This document shows, piece by piece, positions 63,564 through 64,000 of a DNA stretch of 64,000 nucleotides. This DNA comes from an uncultured Chloroflexia bacterium. Lineage in GTDB: Bacteria; Chloroflexota; UBA6077; JACCZL01. A program made the translations under genes and the position numbers. Each line of letters opens with the position of its first letter. The first letter of the stretch is position 1. The stretch is from positions 704,001 to 768,000 of the forward strand of contig CAVXYC010000020.1 of NCBI GenBank assembly GCA_963765765.1, written 5' to 3'. The notes beneath the pieces are model-generated. The model was not told the origin of the DNA. It ran no database searches and saw only the letters and a program-made list of their open reading frames with translations.

Positions 63564-64000
63564 GTGGATACACGCAACGATCGGGGTCTCTATCGGCGGC
63601 TGATCGAGCAGATGCGACCCTACTGGCCACACCTGCTGGGCATCGTCATCCTGAGTTTCCTGTCTATCCCGGTATCGCTCATGACACCAATCCCGTTGAA
63701 GATCGCAGTGGACAGCGTCATCGGGTCCCAGCCGCTTCCGGCTCCGTTGGAGTTTTTCCGGCCACTCGTGGCGCCATACGGCGAGAGCGGAACGCTTCTG
63801 CTGGTAGCCGCGCCTTGTGGTCGTGATTGCACTGGTTAATCAGCTCCTCGAGTTGAGCCGGACGCTGCTCCAAGCGTACACGGGCGAACGCTTAGTGTTC
63901 GGCTTTCGTGCCCAAGTCTTTCGCCACGTCCAGCGCTTGTCGCTCGCCTATCACGACACACGCGGGACGGCAGACTCCACGCACCGAATTCAGTACGATA
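63564..64000 (+). CDS. ABC exporter (permease/ATPase) N-terminus, partial, frameshift near 63812
   Basis: LYRRL...RPYW, PIPLKIAVDSV, then FRAQVFRHVQRLSLAYHDTRGTADSTHRIQYD. Confidence 0.85.

Overview
GC-rich bacterial chromosomal window, most likely Chloroflexota (inferred from a DUF5010-like protein, GT-C enzymes with C-terminal Ig-like domains, a Chloroflexi-type extracellular repeat domain and a T-box-controlled thrS). I saw no integrase, transposase, phage or CRISPR. Left to right: lon (runs off the left edge); a Zn-ribbon/AT-hook protein; catabolic and housekeeping genes (MDR dehydrogenase, GntR, 2-hydroxyacid dehydrogenase, a cysteine-free MetE-like protein, gentisate dioxygenase, tkt). 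Next is a ~10 kb surface-glycosylation locus of four paralogous GT-C (ArnT/PMT-like) enzymes, a flippase-like membrane protein and a GT-A enzyme, followed by DUF192 and glutaminyl cyclase. Then come two different succinate dehydrogenase operons around a LysR gene, tRNA-Val(GAC), and a rearranged infC/thrS/rpmI-rplT-pheST-mutS2 region with an apparently translational Thr T-box. The right end holds a RibD-MDR-PTPS trio, tandem phthalate-dihydrodiol-dehydrogenase-like genes, and a GH2-GT2 fusion plus ABC exporter. Many 1-2 nt indels, including about four in the essential pheT, suggest long-read assembly errors rather than real pseudogenes. All calls are by-eye motif recognition; no searches were run.
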